Shown: piece after piece, positions 45,408 to 55,592 of the stretch
How the letters are laid out: every line of letters starts with the position of its first letter
Numbering within the stretch: position 1 is the stretch's first letter
NCBI GenBank assembly: GCA_045598675.1
Contig: JAZLMO010000074.1
Location: 1,819 to 65,818, forward strand
Origin: Sphaerochaetaceae bacterium
Lineage (GTDB): Bacteria > Spirochaetota > Spirochaetia > Sphaerochaetales > Sphaerochaetaceae
DNA length: 64,000 nt
Reading direction: 5' to 3'
Position numbers and translations under genes: made by a program
The notes under the pieces: generated by a model
The model's input: only the letters and a program-made list of their open reading frames with translations
Told to the model about the DNA's origin: nothing
Databases searched by the model: none

Positions 45408-46355
45408 ATGAATTTTGACAATGCAAGAAAGCGCAGTGAGTTATACTCAAAAATCAGGAAATATTTCACGGATAAGGGATATCTTGAAGTTGAAACTCCC
45501 ACTTTATCTTCAGATTTGATTCCGGAACCTACAATTGATAATTTCGGAACAACTTTTATAAATGAATTCGAAGGTACAAGAGAAATGTACATGATTCCTT
45601 CTCCTGAGATTTTCATGAAAAAACTCATAGCGCAGGGAAGCGGCAGTATCTTTGAAATATCAAAGTGTTTCAGAAACTGTGAACAGTTGGGTCAGATACA
45701 TAATCCGGAATTCACGATGCTTGAGTATTATACAGTTGGTTTTGATGAAGAAGATTCCATTGTTCTTACAAAAGATTTTCTTGAAAAGACAGCAGGTATC
45801 AGTGGTAACTGGATAGAAATGACCGTGCGTGAAGCAGTTCTTAAATATACAGGTCTTGATCTTGATAAATTACAGAATCCCAAAGACTTACGGCAGGAAG
45901 CAGAGAAGTTGGGTCTTCTGATTCCCGGTCCTGAACCGTGGGATGACACATTCAACAGAATTTTCTGCAACTATGTTGAAACTGCAATTCCTCACGACAG
46001 ACCGGTTCTGTTCAAAGATTATCCGAAACAGATAGAGTGTCTTGCAGTTCAAAACGGCAATTACAGAAGAAGATGGGAACTGTATATCAACGGCATTGAG
46101 ATTGCCAATTGTTATCTTGAAGAAACAGATCCTTCCACGGTCAGATCTTATTACAGAAATGAATATCAGAAACTGCTATCTCTCAGAAACAACAACGGTA
46201 AAGTCATACCGGACAGTGATGAAGAATATGCGGAAATATTCAATACTTTCCCTAAGTGTTCTGGTGTTGCAATAGGACTTGACAGACTTCTTATGGTTGT
46301 ACTCGGAGAAAAGGACATTGACAATGTTCTCTTGTTTCCGTTTTCAAAATTCTGA
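45408..46355 (+). CDS. epmA: EF-P (R)-beta-lysine ligase (class II LysRS paralog, GenX/PoxA)
   Basis: Stand-alone class II aaRS catalytic core without an anticodon domain (YLEVETPTL, FRNCEQLGQIHNPEFTMLEYY, GVAIGLDRLLM), adjacent to efp. Confidence 0.8.
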   Translation: MNFDNARKRSELYSKIRKYFTDKGYLEVETPTLSSDLIPEPTIDNFGTTFINEFEGTREMYMIPSPEIFMKKLIAQGSGSIFEISKCFRNCEQLGQIHNPEFTMLEYYTVGFDEEDSIVLTKDFLEKTAGISGNWIEMTVREAVLKYTGLDLDKLQNPKDLRQEAEKLGLLIPGPEPWDDTFNRIFCNYVETAIPHDRPVLFKDYPKQIECLAVQNGNYRRRWELYINGIEIANCYLEETDPSTVRSYYRNEYQKLLSLRNNNGKVIPDSDEEYAEIFNTFPKCSGVAIGLDRLLMVVLGEKDIDNVLLFPFSKF

Positions 46356-46362
46356 GGAACGT

Positions 46363-46908
46363 ATGCTTATTGGACTTACAGGAAAAAGCTGCAGCGGAAA
46401 AAACATAGTATCAAAGTATTTCTCAAGAAAGGGTTTTGAAGTTTGGGATCTTGACCGTGAGGCTGAAAAAATCAGAAAGGAAAAACGGTCTGAAATCATG
46501 GCTGCATTCGGTACAACAGATTCAAAAAAAATTGCATCAATTGTATTCTCCGATTCTGAGAAACTTAAGAAATTGGAGCAGATAATTTATCCTCAACTCA
46601 TATTTAAAATCAAAGAATTCAAATATGATCTTGTTATCAACGGAGCAACCCTCAAACACGCAGGTTTGGATAGCTTATGTACATTGATAATATACGTTGA
46701 TGCATCTTATGAAACCAGATTGAAAAGAGCCCGTGAAAGAGACGGAATAACTGAAGAGGAGTTTTCATTAAGGGAGTCTGCTCAAAGAGATGTGGATTTC
46801 AGAGAGGTGAAATATGACTGTCCTGTTTATCCTGTAGATAATGAAAAAGACTGTTCTTCACAGCTTGATGAAATTTTTAATGAACTGATATATACTTCAA
46901 AACCGTGA
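46363..46908 (+). CDS. coaE: Dephospho-CoA kinase
   Basis: MLIGLTGKSCSGKN P-loop start. ATG at 46363 follows GAGGAA. The tracked upstream extension overlaps epmA. Confidence 0.8.
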   Translation: MLIGLTGKSCSGKNIVSKYFSRKGFEVWDLDREAEKIRKEKRSEIMAAFGTTDSKKIASIVFSDSEKLKKLEQIIYPQLIFKIKEFKYDLVINGATLKHAGLDSLCTLIIYVDASYETRLKRARERDGITEEEFSLRESAQRDVDFREVKYDCPVYPVDNEKDCSSQLDEIFNELIYTSKP

Positions 46909-48248
46909 AAAGCTACAACACAGATGATATTATTTTTGCTCTTGCCACAGGATGGATGAAAAGTGCCATTGCACTGATACGAGTAAGCGGAGATGGATGC
47001 ATAAAGGCTCTTGAGCCTTCTTTTTCCTGCAAGGGATGTCTTGGTGAGTATCCGTCAAACTCAGCCGTATTCGGGCATCTCAACAATCTGAAAGACAAGA
47101 ATAAAATAGATGACTGCATAATAACGGTATTCAAAAATCATCATGGCTATACAGGAGAAGAAAGTCTTGAAATCTCCTGTCACGGCGGTCTTGAAACTGT
47201 GAAAAATATTTTAAGTTATCTTCAGAGCCTCGGATTCAGAGAAGCAAACGGCGGAGAGTTTTCCCTGAGGGCTTTTCTTCACGGAAAAATGGATCTGACA
47301 AAAGCAGAGGCTGTAAATGAACTTATCAACAGCCGCGGAAGACAAGGCAATCTTATGGCTCTGAACAGACTGTCCGGTGCCTTATTTGAAAGAATCAATG
47401 AAATCAAAAACATAATAACGGACATAATGAGTACGGTTGAAGTTCAGCTGGATTATTCAGAAGACGAAATAGGAGAAGATCTTTCGTTGCCGTTTGACAG
47501 GCTGAATAAGGCTGTTGAAATGCTTGATGATATTTCATGTACATACAACACGGGGTGTCTGTATTCCCAGGGAGCCCGCATTGTTTTGACCGGTGCTGCA
47601 AACGCAGGGAAGAGCAGTCTCTTCAATCTTTTTCTGAAAGAAGAGAGAGCAATTGTAAGTGAGATTAAGGGAACTACAAGAGACTATCTGGAGGCTCAGT
47701 GTTCAATCAACGGAATTCCCGTAAGACTTTTTGATACGGCAGGTCTGAGGGAGAGTACAGATATTCTTGAAGAAGAGGGTATAAAGAGATCCCATTCTCT
47801 TTTGGAAAGTGCAGATCTTATTGTTTATCTTGTAGATGCCTGTGAACCGGTAAAGGATGAGAAAATTACAAATGATTCCAGATGTATCTGCGTTGTCAAT
47901 AAAACAGATATGAATCCATGTTCAATTAAAAACTGTATCAGTCTATCCGTCAAAACAACTGAAGGATTTACAGATTTATGTAATGAAATAGAAAAACGTT
48001 TGAAACAGGATTTTGATATTGTTCAGGACTCTTCTCTGGTTATTGAGAATCAAAGACAGAAAGAGGATATTGAACGAGCAAAACAGGCTTTGTCGGAAGC
48101 CTCTGAACATGTGAAAGCAGATCTTCCGCTGGATATAGTTACAATGGATATTCAGGAAGCTCTTCAGGCATTGGGTGAGATTACAGGAGAAGTGACAACA
48201 GATGATATTCTGGATAAAATATTCTCCGGTTTCTGTGTAGGAAAATAG
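46905..48248 (+). CDS. mnmE: tRNA modification GTPase MnmE
   Basis: N-terminal folate-binding domain (IFALATG...IALIRVSG), G domain (GAANAGKSSLFN, DTAGLR, NKTD) and the C-terminal FCVGK motif. Confidence 0.92.
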   Translation: MKSYNTDDIIFALATGWMKSAIALIRVSGDGCIKALEPSFSCKGCLGEYPSNSAVFGHLNNLKDKNKIDDCIITVFKNHHGYTGEESLEISCHGGLETVKNILSYLQSLGFREANGGEFSLRAFLHGKMDLTKAEAVNELINSRGRQGNLMALNRLSGALFERINEIKNIITDIMSTVEVQLDYSEDEIGEDLSLPFDRLNKAVEMLDDISCTYNTGCLYSQGARIVLTGAANAGKSSLFNLFLKEERAIVSEIKGTTRDYLEAQCSINGIPVRLFDTAGLRESTDILEEEGIKRSHSLLESADLIVYLVDACEPVKDEKITNDSRCICVVNKTDMNPCSIKNCISLSVKTTEGFTDLCNEIEKRLKQDFDIVQDSSLVIENQRQKEDIERAKQALSEASEHVKADLPLDIVTMDIQEALQALGEITGEVTTDDILDKIFSGFCVGK

Positions 48249-50045
48249 ATGGATTACGATGTGATTGTCATAGGTGGAGGGCATGCCGGAATTGAGGCTT
48301 GTCTTGCATCTTCAAGAATAGGTTTCAGAACTCTTTTGATAACTCAAAGTCTTGATGCAATAGGAAGACTGTCATGCAATCCTGCAGTCGGAGGTCTTGC
48401 AAAGGGGAATATTGTCCGTGAGGTAGACGCTCTCGGCGGACAGATGGGTCTTCTTATAGACAGTACAATGGTTCAATTCAGGATTCTGAACAGAAGAAGG
48501 GGTCCTGCAGTTCAGGCTCCCCGTGCTCAGGCAGATAAGTTTTCTTATTCACGGTTGGCAAAGGAAACTTTGGAAAAACAGAGTAATCTTGAACTGTTCA
48601 TGGATACAGTGGTGGATCTTCTTACTTCATCTGACGGATGTAAGGTATCAGGTGTTCTTACCAGGCGTGGAATAAAGTTCTCCTGTAAGGCTGTGGTTCT
48701 TACAACCGGAACATTTATGAACGGAAGAATTTTCATAGGTGAATATGATGCATTTGAAGGAAGGCTGGGGGAAGAAGCTGCACTGGGACTGGGAGACAGG
48801 CTCAGGGAAAAAGGATTTAATGTCGGAAGATTAAAGACCGGTACTCCTGCACGTGTAAGATACTCTTCCCTTCATCTTGAAGAAATGGAAAAACAGGATG
48901 GAGACAGTGAGATAGTACCGTTCAGTTTTATGAACGATACAATTGAAAAGGAACAGCTTCCATGCTGGATTACCTATACTTCCGAAAAAACACATCAGAT
49001 TATCAGGGATAACATTCACAGATCTCCTTTATACGGCGGAAAGATAGTAGGCAAGGGCCCGCGTTATTGTCCTTCAATTGAAGATAAGGTAATGCGTTTT
49101 CCTGAAAGAAGCAGACATCAGATTTTTGTTGAACCGGAAGGAAAAGGAACTCAGGAAATGTATCTGAACGGACTGAGTACTTCTTTACCTGAAGAAGTGC
49201 AGCATGAAATCATTCACAGTATTCCGGGACTTGAAGATGCAGAAATTATGCGTCCTGCTTATGCAGTTGAGTATGATTATCTTGACCCTCTTCAGCTGAA
49301 AAACTCTCTTGAATCAATGGTTCTTGAGAACCTGTTTATTGCGGGGCAGACAAACGGAACAAGCGGATACGAAGAGGCTGCATGTCAGGGTCTTATGGCC
49401 GGAATAAATGCCTGTCAGAAACTGAAGGGAGACAAACCTTTGGTGTTGGACAGAACTGAGGCTTACATAGGAGTTCTTATAGATGACCTTGTAACAAAGG
49501 GAACAAAAGAACCGTACAGAATGTTTACAAGCCGTGCCGAATACCGGCTGAATCTCAGACATGACAATGCTGACGAAAGACTCACGCAGAAAGGTTTTGA
49601 TGTAGGACTTGCTTCATCTGAAAGACTTGAAAGACTTCATGAAAAGACATGTGCAATGGAATCTCTTCAGGAACTGCTAAAAAGCAGAAGTTATGAATGC
49701 AAGAATGCATATCAGGCTTTGAAAAGACCTGAGGTTTCCATAGAGGATATAGCCCAGACAATTTCAGAAATCAATACTTATCCGCCAAGTGTAAAACTTC
49801 AGACTGAACTTAAAATAAAGTATGACGGATATATAAAACGTCAGGATAAGTCCGTTGAACGTTTTACCAGGCTCGAAAACATAGTGATTCCGGATGATTT
49901 TGATTATGATTCAATTGATGGAATTTCTTCGGAATCGCGGGAAAAATTCAAAGCAGTCAGGCCTCAATCTCTGGGGCAGGCTTCAAGAATTTCAGGTGTA
50001 CGTTCATCTGATGTCGCCGTGCTGCTCATTCATCTGAGAAAGTAA
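48249..50045 (+). CDS. mnmG: tRNA uridine 5-carboxymethylaminomethyl modification enzyme MnmG
   Basis: YDVIVIGGGHAGIEA FAD motif and full-length GidA-type sequence. Confidence 0.95.
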   Translation: MDYDVIVIGGGHAGIEACLASSRIGFRTLLITQSLDAIGRLSCNPAVGGLAKGNIVREVDALGGQMGLLIDSTMVQFRILNRRRGPAVQAPRAQADKFSYSRLAKETLEKQSNLELFMDTVVDLLTSSDGCKVSGVLTRRGIKFSCKAVVLTTGTFMNGRIFIGEYDAFEGRLGEEAALGLGDRLREKGFNVGRLKTGTPARVRYSSLHLEEMEKQDGDSEIVPFSFMNDTIEKEQLPCWITYTSEKTHQIIRDNIHRSPLYGGKIVGKGPRYCPSIEDKVMRFPERSRHQIFVEPEGKGTQEMYLNGLSTSLPEEVQHEIIHSIPGLEDAEIMRPAYAVEYDYLDPLQLKNSLESMVLENLFIAGQTNGTSGYEEAACQGLMAGINACQKLKGDKPLVLDRTEAYIGVLIDDLVTKGTKEPYRMFTSRAEYRLNLRHDNADERLTQKGFDVGLASSERLERLHEKTCAMESLQELLKSRSYECKNAYQALKRPEVSIEDIAQTISEINTYPPSVKLQTELKIKYDGYIKRQDKSVERFTRLENIVIPDDFDYDSIDGISSESREKFKAVRPQSLGQASRISGVRSSDVAVLLIHLRK

Positions 50046-50056
50046 GTAAAGATATA

Positions 50057-50716
50057 ATGGATAAAGAATTATCAGAACTTCTGAAAGAGGGAATCAAACA
50101 AATAGACCCAAGATTGGACAATGATCTGACCTTATCTGTTTTAGAAAGGCTTTTCAATGAAATCATGCTGTTTAATTCTGCATTCAAGCTGGTTTCATGC
50201 GACGGAAAAGAACTTGTGACAAAACACATTCTGGACTGTATGGCTCCTATTGAAATCATCAGAAAAAGATGTCAATCCGTGAAGACTTTTGCAGACCTCG
50301 GTTCCGGTTCCGGACTTCCCGGAATAGTACTGGCTTCGGCCTTGGAAAACATTGATTTTTCACTCATTGAACGTATGGGCAGAAGAGCCGGGTTCCTTAG
50401 AAACACCGTAACGTTGGCAGGATTGGGAAAGCAGGTGAAGATCATACAATCCGATCTTTCCGAAGTTTCACAGCAGTATGATGCAATTTCTTTCAGAGCA
50501 TTCAGGCATATGAAGGATATAGCAGGTGATTTGCTCAGAATAACCCGCAAGGGGTCTGTAATTTTTGCCTATAAGAGCAGTGAAGACGATATTGCAAGAG
50601 AAATTTCAGATCTGCAGAACGAATGCCCGGATGTTTTTTCTTCGGAAGTGATACCTTACAGTGTTCCGTTTCTTGAAGCAAAGAGAAATATGCTTGTTCT
50701 TACCCGCTACGCGTAA
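50057..50716 (+). CDS. rsmG: 16S rRNA (guanine527-N7)-methyltransferase RsmG
   Basis: SAM motif DLGSGSGLPGIVLA, ~220 aa, positioned after mnmG. Confidence 0.88.
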   Translation: MDKELSELLKEGIKQIDPRLDNDLTLSVLERLFNEIMLFNSAFKLVSCDGKELVTKHILDCMAPIEIIRKRCQSVKTFADLGSGSGLPGIVLASALENIDFSLIERMGRRAGFLRNTVTLAGLGKQVKIIQSDLSEVSQQYDAISFRAFRHMKDIAGDLLRITRKGSVIFAYKSSEDDIAREISDLQNECPDVFSSEVIPYSVPFLEAKRNMLVLTRYA

Positions 50717-50787
50717 TTCTTGCGCGATGTTTATTAAATACACAAAGTGTGATAAAATCTGTATCCGGTGGAGGGTGCATTGAAAAA

Positions 50788-53409
50788 ATGACCGGGAAAA
50801 AGAAAAACATTCTATTGAAGATTTTTTTTGTTTTTTTAACTTTGGTTGCACTTATTATCTTTGCAACCCCTTATCTTCCCCTTGCGGACGGAGACTTTAT
50901 TTCGGCCTCTCTTAAAGGACTGTACTCGTTCTGTTTATCTCATTTCGGTTTTTTTGCATCGGCAGATCTTCAGAAAATCACTCTTTTACCGTTTGTATCT
51001 CTTTTTGCTCTTTTGTCTTTGCTGGTTCTCATAGGAGTCAGCCTTGTCTATTGTTTTTACCTTGTTACAACATTTGCAGGTTTTTACATTGTTGCTGCCT
51101 ATATTCAGGGCGCAGGTGAATATTTTGCATCCATAAAGCTTTTACCTGAAGACAAGTGGCAGTATTTAGGTTTTCTGCTTCTGTTCGGCTCCCTTGGCTC
51201 AATGATTTTTCTGATTATCAAAGAAATCGGTTCATGCAAAGACAGCGAAAAACCTGAAAAGAAGAAAGAAAAAAAGATCGAAAAAAAGAAAGAAAAAAAG
51301 GTTGAAAAGCCGGAAAAGAAAGTCAGTAAGAAGGTTGAGAAAGATATTGTTCTCACAACAGAAGCTGCTCTTTATGCACTGACTTCCGTTGTTGTTCCGG
51401 AATTCAAAATTTTCCCGAATTATTCAAAGGATTCTTCACTGGGTTATATCAAGGCCAACGAGAATTTCAAAGAAGAGGATTCATCAGTTGAATCTTCCAT
51501 TAATCCCGGTATCTTCGCCATAGCAAGTCTTGACGGAGATCTTCACAGACAGGCTTTGACGGAAATGGGTGCCAAGCAGCAAAAAGATCAGGAAAACACC
51601 AGGATTCTTTCGAATATTTTCAAGCCCAGAAATCTCAAAAAGAAACTTGAGGAAGATATTAAGGCAAACAAACCTATTCCTTCTTTTGAAGACAATATCT
51701 CTTTTGATTTGAGTGATGTTTCATCTGACAATACACCACCTGCTGATTCCGACAGTATTCCCAAATTTGAACCCATTGCGCAGGAAGATTCTCCCATAGT
51801 CGATGAAGGTTCTGAAGGAGAAGAGAGTCCTGAAGAGGCTGCTGAAAAATACCGTAAGATGAAAGAGGAAGCCAATCATCCAGAATCTCAGAACGGTTCT
51901 GTATTTGACTATGTTTCCGCAGTAGGCGGACTTAAAAGTTCCAGAGACGGAAAGTACGTGTACGACACTTCCAAGTTCCGTTACAGATTTCCGTCTGAAA
52001 CTCTCTTGAGGCATTACGAAACATCTGCAAAACATTCTGTTGATCTTGCTCATGATTCCAACGGTCAGATTATTGTGGATACTCTTGCTCAGTTCAGAAT
52101 AGAGACACAACTTGTAGGCGTTCAACATGGTCCTACTTTTACCCTTTATGAACTTGCATTGGCAAAGGGTATCAGAGTTAATACCGTATTGAATCTGGCA
52201 GATAATATTGCAATGGATCTTGCAGTACCGAGTGTCAGAATCCTTGCTCCTATTCCGGGAAAATCTGCAATAGGAATTGAAGTTCCGAACAAAAGCAGGG
52301 ATACAATAGGTTTTGATACAATGATGCCTGCATTAAAGTCCAAAACTTTGAAAATACCTATGGTGCTCGGAAAGACAATTACAGGTGATTCAATCGTAAT
52401 CGATCTTGCAGGTACACCGCATCTGCTTATTGCAGGTACAACCGGTTCCGGAAAATCCGTATGTGTCAATTCACTTATCTGTTCAATTCTTTATACAAAA
52501 ACTCCTAAAGAAGTCAGAATGATTCTTGTTGATCCCAAGATGGTTGAACTTACCGTTTACAACGATATTCCTCATCTTCTTACTCCTGTTATTACAGATG
52601 CAAAGAAAGCAATCAAAGCCATGGCTTTCATTGTTGAGGAAATGGAAAGAAGAATGAGCATGTTCAGCATGTTGGGTGCCAGAAAGATTGAAGATTACAA
52701 TGAAAAAATCCGTGAAAAGGAATATCTGAGAGCCCAGCTTCCGTACATTGTCGTAATCATAGATGAATTTGCAGATCTTATGATGGTTGTAGGAAAGGAA
52801 CTTGAGTCTTACATAAAAAGAATTACCGCCATGGCAAGATTTACTGGTATCCATCTTGTTCTTGCAACTCAAAGACCTTCTGCAGATGTAATTACAGGTA
52901 TTATCAAAAGTAATATTCCCACACAGATTGCATTTGCTGTTTCCAATCAGCTCAACAGCCGTATTATTCTTGACAATGTCGGAGCAGAGAAGCTGCTGGG
53001 TAAAGGCGATATGCTCTATGCAAGTGCATCCAGCAGAACACCTACAAGAATTCAGGGTGCATTCATAGACCCTGAGATTGAGGACATAGTGAATTTTGTG
53101 AAAACACAGGGTGAACCTGACTACATAGACGAAGCATACTTTGAAGATGATGAAGATGAGCAGGCCGATGAGGATATGTCTTCTTCTGCATCTGCCGGTG
53201 GCGAAGATATGTATATGAGAGCATGGAAGATTGTTGCTGACAGAGGTGAAGCCTCTGCTTCATATCTTCAGAGACGTCTTTCCATAGGTTATAACAGAGC
53301 GGCAAATCTTATTGAACAGCTTGAGGAAAACGGCTGTATAGGACCTGCACGCGGTTCCAAACCAAGAGAGATTCTCAGATATCCGGATTCACGCAGCGAA
53401 CAAGGTTGA
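50788..53409 (+). CDS. ftsK: DNA translocase FtsK/SpoIIIE
   Basis: N-terminal TM domain, a long low-complexity linker, motor domain (Walker A GTTGSGKSV, Walker B VVIIDEFADL) and a C-terminal gamma winged helix (SASYLQRRLSIGYNRAANLIEQLE). Confidence 0.92.
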   Translation: MTGKKKNILLKIFFVFLTLVALIIFATPYLPLADGDFISASLKGLYSFCLSHFGFFASADLQKITLLPFVSLFALLSLLVLIGVSLVYCFYLVTTFAGFYIVAAYIQGAGEYFASIKLLPEDKWQYLGFLLLFGSLGSMIFLIIKEIGSCKDSEKPEKKKEKKIEKKKEKKVEKPEKKVSKKVEKDIVLTTEAALYALTSVVVPEFKIFPNYSKDSSLGYIKANENFKEEDSSVESSINPGIFAIASLDGDLHRQALTEMGAKQQKDQENTRILSNIFKPRNLKKKLEEDIKANKPIPSFEDNISFDLSDVSSDNTPPADSDSIPKFEPIAQEDSPIVDEGSEGEESPEEAAEKYRKMKEEANHPESQNGSVFDYVSAVGGLKSSRDGKYVYDTSKFRYRFPSETLLRHYETSAKHSVDLAHDSNGQIIVDTLAQFRIETQLVGVQHGPTFTLYELALAKGIRVNTVLNLADNIAMDLAVPSVRILAPIPGKSAIGIEVPNKSRDTIGFDTMMPALKSKTLKIPMVLGKTITGDSIVIDLAGTPHLLIAGTTGSGKSVCVNSLICSILYTKTPKEVRMILVDPKMVELTVYNDIPHLLTPVITDAKKAIKAMAFIVEEMERRMSMFSMLGARKIEDYNEKIREKEYLRAQLPYIVVIIDEFADLMMVVGKELESYIKRITAMARFTGIHLVLATQRPSADVITGIIKSNIPTQIAFAVSNQLNSRIILDNVGAEKLLGKGDMLYASASSRTPTRIQGAFIDPEIEDIVNFVKTQGEPDYIDEAYFEDDEDEQADEDMSSSASAGGEDMYMRAWKIVADRGEASASYLQRRLSIGYNRAANLIEQLEENGCIGPARGSKPREILRYPDSRSEQG

Positions 53410-53415
53410 TTATAA

Positions 53416-54846
53416 ATGACATTTTCAGAACTAAATCTTCATCGTCAGACAATAGAAGGTGTGAAAGCCTGCGGTTTTATGAATTGTACTGATGTACAGA
53501 GAAAGGCTCTTCCCATAGGTCTTTGCGGCGAAGATCTTATGGTGCAGTCAAAAACCGGAAGCGGTAAAACTGCAGTTTTTATTCTTTCATTTCTTGAAAA
53601 ATATCTGAAAAACAGGGAAAAGGGAATTGTTTCAAAGTGCCTGATAGTAGCACCCACCAGAGAGCTTGCCCAGCAGATTGCCTGTGATGCAAAGCAGATG
53701 TGTTGTAAGACTAAGAATTTTACAATCGGCTGTTTCTTCGGGGGTGTAGGATATGAAAGTCAGAAAAAACTTTTGAAGAAGGGCTGTGATATTTATGTGG
53801 GAACTCCGGGAAGACTTCTTGATTTTATCAAGAGCAGAGAATTGGATATTTCCCATATTGATACATTTGTTCTTGATGAAGCAGACAGAATGTTTGACAT
53901 GGGATTTCTGCCTGATATAAGAGTATTGTTCAAAAAACTTCCTCCTAAAGAAGAACGTCAGACAATGTTGTTTTCCGCAACATTGGAACAGCGGGTACGT
54001 GAGCTTGCATGGGAGTATATGAATGAATGTAAGATAATTGAACTGGAATCGGATCATATCACAGTAGATGAGATAACTCAGGAATTGTACCATGTTGCCA
54101 AGTGTGACAAGTTCATGCTGTTTCTGCAGCTTCTTTCACTTGAAAATCCTAAGGCTGCGCTTGTATTTTCAAACAGCCGTCATATGACAGAAGAACTTGC
54201 CTGCAGGCTTAGATTAAACGGTTATAATGCAACATACATTTCAGGAGATTTATCTCAAAGTGCAAGAAACAGGGCATTGACGGACATCAAAAGCGGTAAA
54301 ACAACAATCCTTGTAGCAACTGATGTTGCAGCGCGTGGTCTTCAGATAGATGACCTTCCTCTTGTAGTGAACTACGACATTCCGGAAGATTATGAAAATT
54401 ATGTTCACAGAATAGGCAGAACCGCCAGGGCGGGAAAGAGCGGAAAGGCAATTACCCTTGCAGATGAGGAGTTTGTCTACGGTCTTGAAGCCATTGAAAA
54501 ATATATCAATATGAAAATTCCGGTAATATGGCCTGATAATCTTCCTGAAGTTGAAGACAAATCAATAGGAAAATCATGGTCTGCTTCAAGTCATGCTGCA
54601 GTAAGCCGCAAGCATGTCAGCACAAAACATAGCAATGCCAAACATGAAAATGTAAATGTGCATAAAGCCCGGAATAATGTTCATCACCCTTCAAAACCGT
54701 TGGGAAAAATGACTGAACAGGAAAGATTGGCTTACTATAAGAAAAAGTACGGATTTGAACCTGTTGCAAAACAGCAAAGTATCAAGGATAAGAAAAAAAC
54801 TGCTTTTGGCAAGTTTATGGAAAAACTGAAAAAATTATTCAAATGA
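53416..54846 (+). CDS. DEAD-box ATP-dependent RNA helicase with basic C-terminal tail
   Basis: Q motif, AxxGSGKT-type (SKTGSGKTAVF), DEAD (VLDEADRMF), SAT, HRIGRTARAG, and a Lys/His-rich C-terminus. Confidence 0.9.
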   Translation: MTFSELNLHRQTIEGVKACGFMNCTDVQRKALPIGLCGEDLMVQSKTGSGKTAVFILSFLEKYLKNREKGIVSKCLIVAPTRELAQQIACDAKQMCCKTKNFTIGCFFGGVGYESQKKLLKKGCDIYVGTPGRLLDFIKSRELDISHIDTFVLDEADRMFDMGFLPDIRVLFKKLPPKEERQTMLFSATLEQRVRELAWEYMNECKIIELESDHITVDEITQELYHVAKCDKFMLFLQLLSLENPKAALVFSNSRHMTEELACRLRLNGYNATYISGDLSQSARNRALTDIKSGKTTILVATDVAARGLQIDDLPLVVNYDIPEDYENYVHRIGRTARAGKSGKAITLADEEFVYGLEAIEKYINMKIPVIWPDNLPEVEDKSIGKSWSASSHAAVSRKHVSTKHSNAKHENVNVHKARNNVHHPSKPLGKMTEQERLAYYKKKYGFEPVAKQQSIKDKKKTAFGKFMEKLKKLFK

Positions 54847-55592
54847 AGTATCTGATTTGGGCTGTGCCGTTTATCTTGAATGCTTATATTCTTCACTTTG
54901 TTTTCGGAACTGTTCTCGGTTTCATTTTCAGGATTTTCGGAAAAAAGTTTTCCGACCGCTGGCTCAATTGTTTTTCAGTTCTTTTTTCAGAATTCGTTTT
55001 GTTTCTTTTGGGTGTTGATGTTGAAATCAGCGGAAACAGAGATGTACTTCACCTGGGCAAACCTCTCTGTTTTATTTCCAACCATACAAGTATTCTTGAT
55101 ATCCTTCTTACTGTTTCATCAATCAGGATACCTATGGGTTTTATAGCCAAAAAAGAACTGGCTTATATTCCGTTTTTCAATCTCTCGGCTCTTTCCCAGC
55201 ATGCAGTGTTCATGGATCGCAGCACCCTGAAAAAAGGAGTTGCGGCAATTGAACGTGGTGTGCAGAAAATAAAGAAAGGCACAAATATGCTCATTTTCCC
55301 GGAAGGAACCAGAAGCAAGACCGGCAATATCGCCCCTTTTAAGTACGGTTCATTCAGACTTGCTTCGGAAAGCGGAGCCTTAATTGTTCCTCTTACAATC
55401 AAAGGGGTGAGAGATGCTCTTGAAGACAGAAAAAAGTGTTTCCAGCGTTCACGATGTTTCCTTCATATTGGGGATGTCTATGATGCCGGAAATATTTGCG
55501 GAAGAAATGAATTGAATGTACTTGCAAATAAAATTGAAAGTCATATTAATAGTGTTTATCAGATATTGGGAGATGTAAAAAATGGAAAGTAA
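54843..55592 (+). CDS. plsC: 1-acyl-sn-glycerol-3-phosphate acyltransferase
   Basis: HX4D motif (NHTSILD) and FPEGTRS motif, with an N-terminal TM anchor. Confidence 0.85.
   Translation: MKYLIWAVPFILNAYILHFVFGTVLGFIFRIFGKKFSDRWLNCFSVLFSEFVLFLLGVDVEISGNRDVLHLGKPLCFISNHTSILDILLTVSSIRIPMGFIAKKELAYIPFFNLSALSQHAVFMDRSTLKKGVAAIERGVQKIKKGTNMLIFPEGTRSKTGNIAPFKYGSFRLASESGALIVPLTIKGVRDALEDRKKCFQRSRCFLHIGDVYDAGNICGRNELNVLANKIESHINSVYQILGDVKNGK

Noticed and set aside
45188-45628. 146-aa minus-strand ORF across the efp/epmA intergenic region
   Set aside because: It overlaps both flanking, well-supported + strand genes and runs through the efp terminator hairpin. No domain signal was seen.
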